From contig CAYUZE010000004.1 in assembly GCA_964449585.1 (NCBI GenBank), positions 51,063-115,062 of the forward strand: 64,000 bases of DNA. Reading direction: 5' to 3'. The stretch comes from an uncultured Gammaproteobacteria bacterium (lineage in GTDB: Bacteria; Patescibacteriota; Microgenomatia; UBA10105; UBA927). How positions within the stretch are numbered: position 1 is the stretch's first letter; each line of letters begins with the position of its first letter. The notes below the pieces were generated by a model. The model was given only the letters and a program-made list of their open reading frames with translations, did no database searches and was not told the origin of the DNA. Below are positions 45,499 to 55,950 of this stretch, piece after piece. A program made the position numbers and the translations under genes.

Positions 45499-46611
45499 AT
45501 GAAAGCGGTTATTATTCTGCCAACGTATAACGAGCGGGAAAATATCACCAGCATGTTAACGAAGCTGGTGGATGTGATGGAGAAAGTAAAGCGCTTTTCG
45601 TATGCGATCCTGGTCGTCGATGACACTTCCCCCGACGGTACCGCCGAACTTGTTCGGGCCTTTGCCAAAACCCACCGTGAAGTTCATCTTTTGACCGGAA
45701 AGAAAGAAGGACTCGGAAAAGCGTTGCTTCGCGGGATGAGTTATGCGATCGACACGCTGCATGCCGAAGTCATTGCCCAGCTTGATGCCGATTTGTCGCA
45801 TGATCCGGAAGCCCTCCCCGAATTTTTCAAAAAAATTGCGGCGGGAGATGATTTTGTCGTAGGCACCCGATATATTCCCGGCGGTTCCATACCTGAGAAT
45901 TGGGGACTCCACCGAAAAATTTTTAGCGTGGTGGGAAATGCCATTGTCCGTTTCGGACTCGGATTCCCGTACGTCCATGACTGGACCGGAGGGTACCGGG
46001 TATTTCGTAAAGAATACTTCGAACGGGCAAAGGATAAAATGGCAAAATACAGCGGGTATGTGTATCAGATCGCGTTTCTTCATAGTGCCATCGTGGATGG
46101 GGCAAAAGTTGGTGAAGTGCCGATCCATTTTACGGACCGGAGATACGGGCGGTCAAAAATTGCGCCCCTTCAATATATACGGAATGTATTTTTGTACGTC
46201 GGACGCGCCCGCTTTCATCAGTTGCGTCACGGTCCGTTTGCCAAGTTTGCGGTAGTGGGAACGGTGGGATTTGTCATTAACACGACGATCCTCGAGCTGG
46301 CGGTGCGAGGAGGGTTTCATCCGGCTGTGGGAAGCGCAATAGGAGCGGAGTGTGCGATTATTTCGAACTTTTTCTTCAATAACGGCTGGACGTTTCGCGG
46401 GAAGAAAATCAGCGGGTTAAGGCTTATTCCTAAATTTCTGCAGTTTAATGCGACGTCATTGGGCGCGCTCCTTATCCAGTCGGGTACCGTCGCGTTGGGA
46501 ACGCATTTCTTCGGTGAAAATCTCTACCGTCTGTTCTATCTCATGGGGGTGGGCATCGGACTTGTCTGGAATTACACCATGTACTCACGGGTAATTTGGA
46601 AGAATAAATAA
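45499..46611 (+). CDS. Polyprenol-phosphate glycosyltransferase (GT2, Dpm1-like) fused to a GtrA domain
   Basis: LPTYNERENI, DDTSPDGT, DADLSH; C-terminal KFAVVG...NFFFNNGWTF. Confidence 0.88.
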   Translation: MKAVIILPTYNERENITSMLTKLVDVMEKVKRFSYAILVVDDTSPDGTAELVRAFAKTHREVHLLTGKKEGLGKALLRGMSYAIDTLHAEVIAQLDADLSHDPEALPEFFKKIAAGDDFVVGTRYIPGGSIPENWGLHRKIFSVVGNAIVRFGLGFPYVHDWTGGYRVFRKEYFERAKDKMAKYSGYVYQIAFLHSAIVDGAKVGEVPIHFTDRRYGRSKIAPLQYIRNVFLYVGRARFHQLRHGPFAKFAVVGTVGFVINTTILELAVRGGFHPAVGSAIGAECAIISNFFFNNGWTFRGKKISGLRLIPKFLQFNATSLGALLIQSGTVALGTHFFGENLYRLFYLMGVGIGLVWNYTMYSRVIWKNK

Positions 46612-46613
46612 CG

Positions 46614-48182
46614 ATGACAACCTTTATGCGTAGGGTAGCCCGATATCTCCCGACAATTATTCTCGTTGGTGTTTTACTTCTCGGCGCGTATCTTCGCCTT
46701 TACAAAATTTCCGAATACATGACGTTCCTCGGGGATGAGGGGCGGGATATGCTGGTGATAAAACGGATGATCGTTGATCACAAATTTACGCTCCTGGGGC
46801 CTACGGCATCGGTGGGAGGATTCTTTTTGGGACCCATCTACTATTACTTCATGTTGCCGTTTGTATGGATAAGCGGATTAAATCCCGCGGGAGCGGCGGT
46901 GATGGTTGCCCTGTTCGGCGTTGCCACCATTTATGCACTCTATCGGCTGGGGAAGGATGCGGTACATGAGTGGGTAGGTCTTTGTGCCGCCGCGCTCTAT
47001 AGCGTTTCACCGCTTGTTATCGCGTACTCACGATCATCATGGAATCCGAATCTTGTCCCGTTTTTTTCGGTAGTGCTCTTGTATGCGCTTTGGCGATCCG
47101 TCATCAAAAACGAATCGAAATGGCTGTTTTGGGTGGGGGTAACGTTAGGCATCGGATTGCAACTGCACTATCTTTTTCTCTTTTTGTTTCCCGTGGTTGG
47201 CGCCTGGTATCTGCTTTTGGGAAGAAAAAAAGAGTGGCTGCTTGCGTACGGGAAGGGGATAGCGGGGTTTGTCGTTGGCTACGGACCGTTTCTTGCTTTT
47301 GAACTGCGTCACGGATTCCCCAATACGATTTCGATTTATAATTTTCTCCGTGAAGGCGAAGGCACGGGATTCATTGCCGCAAATTTTTGGAATACGCTCG
47401 TTGATGTCATCTACCGATTGTTCGGAAGGCTTGTGTTTCGCTTGCCGCCGCCCGAACAATGGGTGAATCTTACCCCGACGGTGCAGACGGTATGGTCGGG
47501 AGCGGTGATAGCCTCCATCATTCTTTCCCTCTGTCTTCTTGTCGGGGTGGGATTGGGGTTATTCGAGAGAAAAAAGAAAACATTGTCTCAAGATCGCCGG
47601 ACGGCGTTGCTGTTTTCCTTGTGGTTAGGAATTCCGCTTATTCTTTTCGGGTTTTATAAAAAGGGCATTTATGATTATTATTTCGGAGTATTTTTTGCCG
47701 TACCGTTTTTGCTTGTCTCGTGGGTGTTATTTTCCATCAAAAAAATACCGATCGTACGATTCATCGTTCCCGTTATCGCGGCAATCCTTCTTATTTTGAA
47801 CTGGGAAGGACGGCCGTTTAAGTTTGCTCCCAACAATCAGCTTGCCCAGGCGCGGGAGATTGCCCGGGTTGCGTACGAGAAAACCGAAGGAAAACCCTAC
47901 AATTTTGCCCTGATAACAAACTCGAATTCCGACCATGCATATCGTTATTTCTTTGAAATATGGGGAAACCCTCCCGTTGCCATCCAAAACGAAACAATCG
48001 ATCCTGAACGGAAGAGTGTTACGGATCAGCTCATCATCATCTGTGAGCTTTCCGAGTGTAAACCCCTGGGTCATCCGTTATGGGAAATCGCCGGTTTCGG
48101 ACGTGCGGAAATAGCGGGTGAGTGGCAGGCATCTTTTGTCCGGGTCATGAAATTAGTACACTATACGGAAGGAGCGAAATGA
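46614..48182 (+). CDS. GT-C family glycosyltransferase (ArnT/PMT-like)
   Basis: FLGDEGRD, LGPIYYY, SRSSWNPN; many TMs. Confidence 0.85.
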   Translation: MTTFMRRVARYLPTIILVGVLLLGAYLRLYKISEYMTFLGDEGRDMLVIKRMIVDHKFTLLGPTASVGGFFLGPIYYYFMLPFVWISGLNPAGAAVMVALFGVATIYALYRLGKDAVHEWVGLCAAALYSVSPLVIAYSRSSWNPNLVPFFSVVLLYALWRSVIKNESKWLFWVGVTLGIGLQLHYLFLFLFPVVGAWYLLLGRKKEWLLAYGKGIAGFVVGYGPFLAFELRHGFPNTISIYNFLREGEGTGFIAANFWNTLVDVIYRLFGRLVFRLPPPEQWVNLTPTVQTVWSGAVIASIILSLCLLVGVGLGLFERKKKTLSQDRRTALLFSLWLGIPLILFGFYKKGIYDYYFGVFFAVPFLLVSWVLFSIKKIPIVRFIVPVIAAILLILNWEGRPFKFAPNNQLAQAREIARVAYEKTEGKPYNFALITNSNSDHAYRYFFEIWGNPPVAIQNETIDPERKSVTDQLIIICELSECKPLGHPLWEIAGFGRAEIAGEWQASFVRVMKLVHYTEGAK

Positions 48183-48931
48183 CAAGCCCGTTTCTTTCGG
48201 TCGTTATTCCCTCGTATAACGAGGAAACCAATATCCGTTTAGGCAGTCTTGATAAGGTCTCACGGTACCTGGAAAAACAACCCTATACCTGGGAAGCTAT
48301 TCTTGTGGATGACGGATCTACGGATAAGTCGCCACTCCTTATGGATGCCTTTGCCAAGGCGAATCCGGGATTTACCGTGTTGCACAACCCGCATCGGGGG
48401 AAAGCGGAAACAGTCGTTGCGGGCGTAATGCATGCCAAAGGATCGATCGTGCTTTTTTCCGATCTTGACCAGGCCACCCCTATTGCCGAGCTCGAAAAAG
48501 TGCTTCCGTGGTTCGATAAGGGCTACGACGTCGTCATCGGGAGCCGTAACCGAAGACGGGAAGGGGCGCCGCTCTCGCGGGTTATCATGGCACGGGGATT
48601 TATGGTGCTACGGGGGATCATACTGGGACTCAAAGGAATAACTGATACCCAATGCGGCTTTAAGGCGTTTAAACGTCATGTCGCCAAAGATATTTTTTCT
48701 CGGTTACAGTTGTACGGAAAAAATCAGGAAGTGCAGGGTCCCATGGTGACGGCGGGATTTGATATCGAAGCGTTATTCCTCGCCAAAAAGCTCGGTTTCA
48801 AAATTAAGGAAGTTCCCGTGGAATGGCACTACGTCGAAACAAGACGGGTAAATCCGGTCAAAGATTCCCTGCAGGGATTTTTTGACATGATTAAGATCCG
48901 AAGGAACGCCTGGCAGGGCAAATACGCATGA
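48179..48931 (+). CDS. Dolichyl/polyprenyl-phosphate glucosyltransferase-like GT2
   Basis: IPSYNEE, DDGSTD, DLDQATP, DTQCGFK. Confidence 0.88.
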   Translation: MTSPFLSVVIPSYNEETNIRLGSLDKVSRYLEKQPYTWEAILVDDGSTDKSPLLMDAFAKANPGFTVLHNPHRGKAETVVAGVMHAKGSIVLFSDLDQATPIAELEKVLPWFDKGYDVVIGSRNRRREGAPLSRVIMARGFMVLRGIILGLKGITDTQCGFKAFKRHVAKDIFSRLQLYGKNQEVQGPMVTAGFDIEALFLAKKLGFKIKEVPVEWHYVETRRVNPVKDSLQGFFDMIKIRRNAWQGKYA

Positions 48932-50070
48932 AACGCGTCCGGTTTCTTGTATCGCTTTTTTATCTTGCGTGTATCGCGTTATTTTTGTTTTCCTATACGC
49001 AGGTTGATTTGAATCTTACGCTGTCCCGGACCGGCGTTGTCCAGCATATCCAAAAATCGTTTCAATACATAGGATATTATCAGCGGCCGCTTGCTACCGC
49101 GATATACGGAAGTATCCTTTCGCTTTTTTTTGTTTTATACGGATACCTTTCATGGCTTGCGTACAAAAAGCAACTCACGCTCTCCGTGATTCGACGGCTT
49201 ATCGCGGGGGCGACATTGCTGCTTTTGTTCTCCTATCCCGCCGCATTTTCCTACGATTTTTTCAATTATCTCTTTACGGCAAAAACCGTTCTGGTTTATC
49301 ACCATAATCCTTACACCGTGATTCCGTTGCAGTTTGCCGGCATCGATCCATGGACGAATTTTATGCGATGGACGCACTTATCGAGCGCCTACACGCCGCT
49401 GTGGATAGCAATGAGTATGGTTCCGTATATCTTGGGGCTCGGGTATTTTATTCCGGTACTTTTCGCCACTAAATTTTTTATCGCCGCCTGTTATCTTGCG
49501 TCCTGTTATGCGATTGTCCGTATTGCGGAGGCTATAGATCCTGACAAAAAGCCGTTTATCCTGACCGTGTTTGCCTTAAATCCGTTACTCATCGTCGAAA
49601 CGCTGGTGAGCGGACACAATGACATCGTGCTTGTCCTGTTTGCTCTTTTTTCAATTCTTATGTACATAAAAAAGCGGTATGATGCAGCATGGCTTTTGCT
49701 CGGTTTGTCCGTGGCGACGAAATTGATGACGATATTTCTTGTTCCCGTATATCTGTTACGGAAGAACCGATGGTATCTGTTTGTTTTCATGGCTGCGGGA
49801 CTTATCCTGGTGCTGCTCAAACGGGAATTTTTGCCGTGGTACTGGGTATGGATGCTCCCGGTTGTTGCGTTAAACTATGAGCGCGTACGGCTCCTCCGCT
49901 TTTCTTTTGTCGTTTCCGCGGCGCTCCTCTTAAGTTATGCACCGTATCTTTACTATGGCGAATATTCAGCACTATCCCAGGCGTGGAAAACGGGAATCAT
50001 CTGGACAGGAGTGGCGCTGGGTGCCGTGACCGCAATCTTTTTCCCGAAACCGACCGCTACGAACGGATAA
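48928..50070 (+). CDS. GT-C membrane glycosyltransferase (MptB/GT87-like)
   Basis: SYDFFNY, NPY, SAYTPLW, FALNPL, GHNDI. Confidence 0.75.
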   Translation: MKRVRFLVSLFYLACIALFLFSYTQVDLNLTLSRTGVVQHIQKSFQYIGYYQRPLATAIYGSILSLFFVLYGYLSWLAYKKQLTLSVIRRLIAGATLLLLFSYPAAFSYDFFNYLFTAKTVLVYHHNPYTVIPLQFAGIDPWTNFMRWTHLSSAYTPLWIAMSMVPYILGLGYFIPVLFATKFFIAACYLASCYAIVRIAEAIDPDKKPFILTVFALNPLLIVETLVSGHNDIVLVLFALFSILMYIKKRYDAAWLLLGLSVATKLMTIFLVPVYLLRKNRWYLFVFMAAGLILVLLKREFLPWYWVWMLPVVALNYERVRLLRFSFVVSAALLLSYAPYLYYGEYSALSQAWKTGIIWTGVALGAVTAIFFPKPTATNG

Positions 50071-50371
50071 AAATACCGGTAACAATCGCGCCCTGGACAA
50101 TAAGCAGCATACAGATCACCGCAATGATCGGTTTTGCCCGGTGGAGTATCCCGTAGATCAGCCAGCAACAAGAGACGGGTAGGAATCCGCACCGGGAAGT
50201 ACGGGAGACGCCCAAAAGATTCGATGCCGTCCCTACGCTGACCAGCTGAGGAACGTTGACAAGGACGGTGATACCTCCCATGAGGGAGGCGAATCGGTCA
50301 AGCGTACGGACGATTTTTGCGGATGATTTCTTGCGCCGTTTTTCCACCGCGTGATAAAAGCCACCCTGCAT
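50057..50371 (-). CDS. PQ-loop/SemiSWEET-like small membrane protein, possibly degenerate
   Basis: NVPQL, GVS, WLIYGILH..PII; three TMs. Confidence 0.55.
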   Translation of the reverse strand: MQGGFYHAVEKRRKKSSAKIVRTLDRFASLMGGITVLVNVPQLVSVGTASNLLGVSRTSRCGFLPVSCCWLIYGILHRAKPIIAVICMLLIVQGAIVTGIFIRS

Positions 50372-50439
50372 AAGGTCAGTGGAGCAGAGAAGGAATACGG
50401 TATTTCCTGGTTTTCACGGTTTTAGGATATAATGAATCC

Positions 50440-51972
50440 ATGCGGGGGAACAAAACGAAGCTATGGTTCGGTATCGGCGCCTTGGTTCTTGTGGCGCTCT
50501 ATTTTTTCACCCGGCTTTTTCACCTCACGGGGCTTCCCATATTTACCGATGAGGCGATTTACATCCGCTGGTCCCAAATAGGCATGCGGGATGCCAATTG
50601 GCGCTTTATATCGCTCACCGACGGGAAGCAACCCATGTTCACCTGGATCATGATGGTGCTGTTAAAGATTTTTGAGACTGCCGATCCCCTGTGGGCGGGG
50701 AGGCTCACCTCGGTAATTGCGGGATTCGGCACGCTGATCGGTGTCTGGTTTGTGGCATATGAATTGTTTCGCGATCGCCGGGTTTCGTGGGCGGCAAGTG
50801 TAGGCTATATTCTTTTGCCGTTCAGCACCTGGTACGACCGGGTCGCACTGTATGATTCGTTGGTTGCGACATTTGCCGTCTGGAGTTTGTACCTGGGGAT
50901 CCGTTTGGTGCGTAAGTTGCGGCTTGATACCGCACTGTTACTCGGTATGGTGCTGGGTACCGGGATGCTTAATAAAAGTTCCGGATTTTTGTCGCTCTAC
51001 TTTCTGCCCGCAACCCTTCTTTTATTTGATTGGCAACACAAGGAAAAGCGGCAAAAACTTTTACGGTGGATCGCGCTGGTTGCCGTAGCGGGTGTCCTTT
51101 CCCAGGTGATCTACAGCGTGTTACGGCTTTCACCGTTTTTTCACATGGTGGAGCAAAAAGATAACGTGTTTATTTTTTCCGTCAGCGAATGGTTGAATCA
51201 ACCGTTCCGATTCCTTGCGGGTAACCTTCGGGGGATGTTTGACTGGGTACGGCATTATCTCACCTTACCGGTATTTATCGCGGTCTTATTGCCGATCTTT
51301 ACAAGGTGGCCGAAAAACAGGGAGCGATGGTTCCTGTATGTCTGGTGGGCGCTTCCGTTTGCGGCACTTGCGACATTTGCAAAAATACTGTACCCGCGTT
51401 TTATCTTTTTTATGATGATGCCGCTGCTTATCGTTGCGGCTTCAACGGCGGTTACGGTATGGGACGCGATGAAAAATCGGATGGCACGCCTGCTCCTTGT
51501 TTTCGTGCTCGTCGTTCCTTCACTCTTTATGGATTGGTTTATTATTACCAATCCCGTTGCCGCCCCCATACCCGAATCCGAACGCGGGCAATTTTTGGAT
51601 GATTGGCCGGCAGGGTACGGAGTAAAGGAAGTGGTTACCTATCTTACCGCCGAGGCGGCGCATCAAAAAATACAGGTATTTACGGAAGGAACATTCGGAC
51701 TGCTTCCGTACGCGATCGAAATTTATCTTGTCGATAATCCGAACGTACGTATCACCGGTATGTGGCCGCTTCCAGAAACCATGCCTGATGCTATCGTTAC
51801 CGCGGCAAGCGAAAGCGCCACCTACTTTGTCTTGAACGAAACACAGACAAAACCGGATTGGCCGATGACGCTTATCGGCGAGTATCGAAAAGGGATGAGA
51901 GAAGACAAGCGGATGATGCGGTTCTATAGAGTGGATGCTCCGGTTGCCGATTTCGGTGCCGCAAAAAAGTAA
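50440..51972 (+). CDS. GT-C family glycosyltransferase (GT39/ArnT-like)
   Basis: PIFTDEAIYIRWSQ, DGKQP, YDRVALYD. Confidence 0.85.
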   Translation: MRGNKTKLWFGIGALVLVALYFFTRLFHLTGLPIFTDEAIYIRWSQIGMRDANWRFISLTDGKQPMFTWIMMVLLKIFETADPLWAGRLTSVIAGFGTLIGVWFVAYELFRDRRVSWAASVGYILLPFSTWYDRVALYDSLVATFAVWSLYLGIRLVRKLRLDTALLLGMVLGTGMLNKSSGFLSLYFLPATLLLFDWQHKEKRQKLLRWIALVAVAGVLSQVIYSVLRLSPFFHMVEQKDNVFIFSVSEWLNQPFRFLAGNLRGMFDWVRHYLTLPVFIAVLLPIFTRWPKNRERWFLYVWWALPFAALATFAKILYPRFIFFMMMPLLIVAASTAVTVWDAMKNRMARLLLVFVLVVPSLFMDWFIITNPVAAPIPESERGQFLDDWPAGYGVKEVVTYLTAEAAHQKIQVFTEGTFGLLPYAIEIYLVDNPNVRITGMWPLPETMPDAIVTAASESATYFVLNETQTKPDWPMTLIGEYRKGMREDKRMMRFYRVDAPVADFGAAKK

Positions 51973-51990
51973 CGGTAGGGCGGTACGGGT

Positions 51991-53583
51991 ATGAGAAAGA
52001 AAAAACCATCAATGCAAAAAAACTCCGGCCACTCACTTGCCCCGAACCGTGATAGGGAGAGTCCTTCGGGATTTTTCTCCCGTTGGTCGTTGCTCCTTAT
52101 TGCGGCGGCACTTTTTCTTGTTCTGACACCCCTGATGCGATCGGGATTTTTTATTACGGACGACGGTGAGTGGATGATAATCCGGCTGTCGGCATTCTAT
52201 CAAAGTCTCGCCGACGGACAATTCCCGGTGCGATTTTTGGGAAGATTGAACAACAGTTACGGCTATCCGGTGAGTAACTTTCTGTATCCGGGGTTTCTCT
52301 ACTTGGGATCCCTGCTGCATATTCTCGGCGCGTCATTTCAGGATGCGGTAAAAATCATCCTTGCCGGTTCCGTTGTCTCGGCCGTTATTGCCGTCTACGC
52401 GGGACTTCGGAAAAGATACGGAAGATGGGCACGGACCATGGGGGCAGTAAGTCTTGTCTTTGCTCCGTATCTCCTTTTTGATATGTATCATCGTGGGTCG
52501 GTGGGAGAAGTACTGGCGATCGCCGCCGCATCCTGGGCCGTCACCGCCATTGTCAGAGGGTGGGGGTGGTTGTTTGCCCCCATGATAGGGCTTCTTATCA
52601 TAAGCCATAATTCGGCGGCGCTCCTTTTGGGGATTGCAATCGCCACCCTTGCGATGAGCGTTCCGGCAAGAGGCATGTTTTTGACCGCCGGCGCAATCGG
52701 CGTGGGGTTTGCCAGTTTTTTCTGGATTCCCGCCCTTCTGGAGAAACATTTGGTTCGGTTTGATGCCGTCGTCATTTCGGATCCGTCATCGTACTTTATT
52801 ACGCCGCTGAATGCCGGACTTATCGGGTTGGGCACCGTGGTTGCGCTTGCGGTATTTCTGGGCTTACGGAAAAAAATTACCCGGTTTGAATCGGTTGCAT
52901 TTTTTTGGGCGATAGCGGGAATCATACTTGCGCTTCCGATTACTGCTCCCGTATGGAACATATCCGCATTTTCCGTCCTTTTTCAGTTTCCGTACCGCGC
53001 GTTGTTATTGCCCGTACTGTTCGGGCCGTGGATTATCGCCGCGGTTTTTGAACATCTTTCGGGTTGGCGGCGGGTCGCCTTATCCGCGGTACTTTTTTCA
53101 GTTTGGTTATCAACGGCATCCGTTCTATTGGGTGAGGTTTCTCCCGTACGGCGTGACACGGGCTATTACGTGACAAACGAAGCGACGACTACCGTCGCAA
53201 ACGAGTATATGCCCCGATGGGTGCATGATATCCCCGTGAATCGTCCCGTGGAAACCTTGGAAGTGATAAACGGCGACGCTCTCCTTTCAACGCGCACGTT
53301 TTCCGGCGAAAAAATCACCTTTACCGCGGAAGCAAAAGAGTCAAGCACGATTCAGATCAATAAAATTTATTATCCCGGATGGGGGATTACCGTTGACAAC
53401 CGATTGACGCCTATTGATTATGCGAACCGATTGGGAGTCATGCGTATCGAAATTCCCAAAGGAACCCATGTCGTATCCGCCGATTTTCGTGAGACACCGT
53501 TTCGATTGGCCGCGGATTTGATAAGTATCCTGTCGTTTATCTGTTATTGCATTGTGTTGCGGCGCCTAACGCACTCATCATGA
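51991..53583 (+). CDS. YfhO/PTPS-related GT-C-like membrane protein
   Basis: DGQFPVRF, YGYPVSNFLYP, RGSVGE, QFPYR, YYPGW. Confidence 0.78.
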   Translation: MRKKKPSMQKNSGHSLAPNRDRESPSGFFSRWSLLLIAAALFLVLTPLMRSGFFITDDGEWMIIRLSAFYQSLADGQFPVRFLGRLNNSYGYPVSNFLYPGFLYLGSLLHILGASFQDAVKIILAGSVVSAVIAVYAGLRKRYGRWARTMGAVSLVFAPYLLFDMYHRGSVGEVLAIAAASWAVTAIVRGWGWLFAPMIGLLIISHNSAALLLGIAIATLAMSVPARGMFLTAGAIGVGFASFFWIPALLEKHLVRFDAVVISDPSSYFITPLNAGLIGLGTVVALAVFLGLRKKITRFESVAFFWAIAGIILALPITAPVWNISAFSVLFQFPYRALLLPVLFGPWIIAAVFEHLSGWRRVALSAVLFSVWLSTASVLLGEVSPVRRDTGYYVTNEATTTVANEYMPRWVHDIPVNRPVETLEVINGDALLSTRTFSGEKITFTAEAKESSTIQINKIYYPGWGITVDNRLTPIDYANRLGVMRIEIPKGTHVVSADFRETPFRLAADLISILSFICYCIVLRRLTHSS

Positions 53584-55229
53584 AACGAGTCCTACCGTAT
53601 ATTTTGCTTGCGCTTGCGGGTTTTTTTGCCGTCCGGCCGCTCGTATCTCCGGGGTTCTTCCCGATGCACGATGATACGCAGGTTGCCCGTGTCATCGAAA
53701 TGGGAAGGGCGCTTCGTGATTTCCAGTTTCCCGTCCGATGGGTCAATGAGTTAGGGTACGGATACGGTTATCCGATTTTTAATTTTTACGGACCGTTACC
53801 GTATTATTTCGGCGGGTTGCTGTATGCCGTGGGTGTCCCCGCCGTTTTGGCAACCAAAATCATGTTTGCCGCAGGGATCCTACTGCCCGCATTGTTGGTA
53901 ACGCTGCTTATCGAACTGCCGTACGGACTTCTTGCCGGCGTACTCTTTCTTTTTGCGCCCTATCATGCGGTACAGATATACGTTCGGGGGGCGGTGGGTG
54001 AATATTGGTCCCTCGTGTTTTTCCCCCTTATTGCCTACTGGATTACGGGATGGGGAAAACCCGCAACAAAGAAGTCGGCGGCGGCGGGAGCGATCGGTAT
54101 CGGAGGAGTGATCCTCTCCCATACTCTGATGGGATTTGCGGTGACGATCTTCGTCGGGTGTTCCTTTGTCCTGTATCGGATGATTCGATATCTTCGTAAT
54201 CGCGACCGGCTTCGCGAAACGCTTTCCGCATCCTTTCCGCTGCTTCTCGGTATGGGGCTTGCGGGTTTTTTCTGGCTCCCTGCAATGTTTGAAATGCAGT
54301 TTACCGGGGTTTCCGGCCAGGTGAGTGCCAGTGCCGATTATAAGGATCACTTCGTATGTATCACCCAACTGTACGCATCACTCTGGGGATTCGGCGGATC
54401 CGCGAAAGGATGTGTTGACGGCATGTCGTTTATGGTCGGGAAAGCCCATCTGCTTCTCGGTTTTGCCGGACTGGTGACGGCGCTTGTATTGCGGCCGAAA
54501 CGAATGGCCGGACTTATAGGAGTTGCGGTCGCCGCGGCATTTGTAGGAGTATTGTTTGCTACCGAAGCTTCAAAATGGTTGTGGGATAGCATCCCCGGCT
54601 TTGCCTACCTTCAATATCCCTGGCGTTTTCTGGGGATTCTTATGTTCGGCACGTCACTCTTGGGAAGTTTTGCGATGCTCCCGGTAAAAAACGCCGTTGC
54701 CAAATGGGCGGCAACCATAGCCATTTGCGTCGGGGTTATACTGTTAAACGGCAAATGGTTTATGCCCCAATATACCTATGAGAAACCAAGTACCGCATTT
54801 GAAGCCCCTTCCGATGTCAGGTGGCGGGTGTCAAAAATTTCCGATGAATACCTTCCGCGTTCCGTCCCCCGGCCGGACACACCGAAAGAAGCTGATTTTG
54901 CTACAATAGAGGAAGGAAACGGCCTGTCGGCGCGGTTGCTGACAAAAACCACGACCCGGGAAGTATGGTCCGTCATTGCGGCGGAAGAGATGCCCGTTCG
55001 TATCAATAAAGCGCCGTTTCCCGGTTGGCGGTATTTTATTAACGATAAAGAAGTACGGCCGACCGTCAAAAACGGATTGCCCGAGCTTACTCTTGCCGCG
55101 GGTCAGTCGTATATAACCATGCGTTTTACCGATACGCCGATACGGGTTATCGGCAACGGTATTTCGCTTGTTAGCCTTATTATTTTTATTTATTATCTTT
55201 ATGCCAAGCAGCACAAAACCAAGCGTTAA
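53580..55229 (+). CDS. YfhO/PTPS-related GT-C-like membrane protein (paralog of the previous gene)
   Basis: MHDDTQ, QFPVRW, GYGYPIFNFY, RGAVGE, QYPWRF, FPGW. Confidence 0.78.
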   Translation: MKRVLPYILLALAGFFAVRPLVSPGFFPMHDDTQVARVIEMGRALRDFQFPVRWVNELGYGYGYPIFNFYGPLPYYFGGLLYAVGVPAVLATKIMFAAGILLPALLVTLLIELPYGLLAGVLFLFAPYHAVQIYVRGAVGEYWSLVFFPLIAYWITGWGKPATKKSAAAGAIGIGGVILSHTLMGFAVTIFVGCSFVLYRMIRYLRNRDRLRETLSASFPLLLGMGLAGFFWLPAMFEMQFTGVSGQVSASADYKDHFVCITQLYASLWGFGGSAKGCVDGMSFMVGKAHLLLGFAGLVTALVLRPKRMAGLIGVAVAAAFVGVLFATEASKWLWDSIPGFAYLQYPWRFLGILMFGTSLLGSFAMLPVKNAVAKWAATIAICVGVILLNGKWFMPQYTYEKPSTAFEAPSDVRWRVSKISDEYLPRSVPRPDTPKEADFATIEEGNGLSARLLTKTTTREVWSVIAAEEMPVRINKAPFPGWRYFINDKEVRPTVKNGLPELTLAAGQSYITMRFTDTPIRVIGNGISLVSLIIFIYYLYAKQHKTKR

Positions 55230-55950
55230 TATCGTGCTTCCCGTGTATAACGAAGCGGTGGAATTGAAAACAAGTGTCGGCACCCTCATCCGGTACCTGG
55301 CAAAAAATCTCTCCGATTTTTCCTGGCATATAACGATCGCCGATAACGCAAGCACCGATGCCACTTTGAAAATCGCGCGTGAACTCAGTCGTACGTATCA
55401 ATCCGTGTCGGTAGAACATCTTTCGCAAAAAGGACGGGGAAGGGCGGTGAAGCACGTCTGGCGCAAAGGCGACTATGATTATCTTGCCTACATGGATATA
55501 GATCTTTCGACCGATCTGAAGCACCTGCCGCCGCTCTTGCATGCGCTCGAGCGGGGTTTTGACATGGCAATAGGGAGCAGAAATACGAAGGGAGCGAGAG
55601 TATTCGGGAGAAGCACGCTGCGGTCAATCACTTCCAAAGGATATATCAGCCTTATCAAGCTTTTTTTCTGGGTGAATTTCACCGATGCGCAATGCGGATT
55701 TAAGGCGGTCTCCCGAAGGGTCGTACGCGAGCTCATGCCGCAGGTGAAAGATAACGAATGGTTTTTTGACAGTGAACTCCTGATCGTCGGTGAGAAGAGC
55801 GGGTATCGGATTTACGAAGAACCGGTGACGTGGATCGATAATCCCGGGTCTACGGTGCGTGTCATGAAAACGGCGCTTGGGGACTTGAAAGGATTGTGGC
55901 GGTTATATACCACGCGGCCGTGGAGAAAGCTACCGTATGCCAGACATTGA
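55201..55950 (+). CDS. GT2 polyprenol-phosphate glycosyltransferase
   Basis: LPVYNE, DNASTD, YMDIDLSTD, DAQCGFK, WFFDSE. Confidence 0.88.
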   Translation: MPSSTKPSVNIVLPVYNEAVELKTSVGTLIRYLAKNLSDFSWHITIADNASTDATLKIARELSRTYQSVSVEHLSQKGRGRAVKHVWRKGDYDYLAYMDIDLSTDLKHLPPLLHALERGFDMAIGSRNTKGARVFGRSTLRSITSKGYISLIKLFFWVNFTDAQCGFKAVSRRVVRELMPQVKDNEWFFDSELLIVGEKSGYRIYEEPVTWIDNPGSTVRVMKTALGDLKGLWRLYTTRPWRKLPYARH

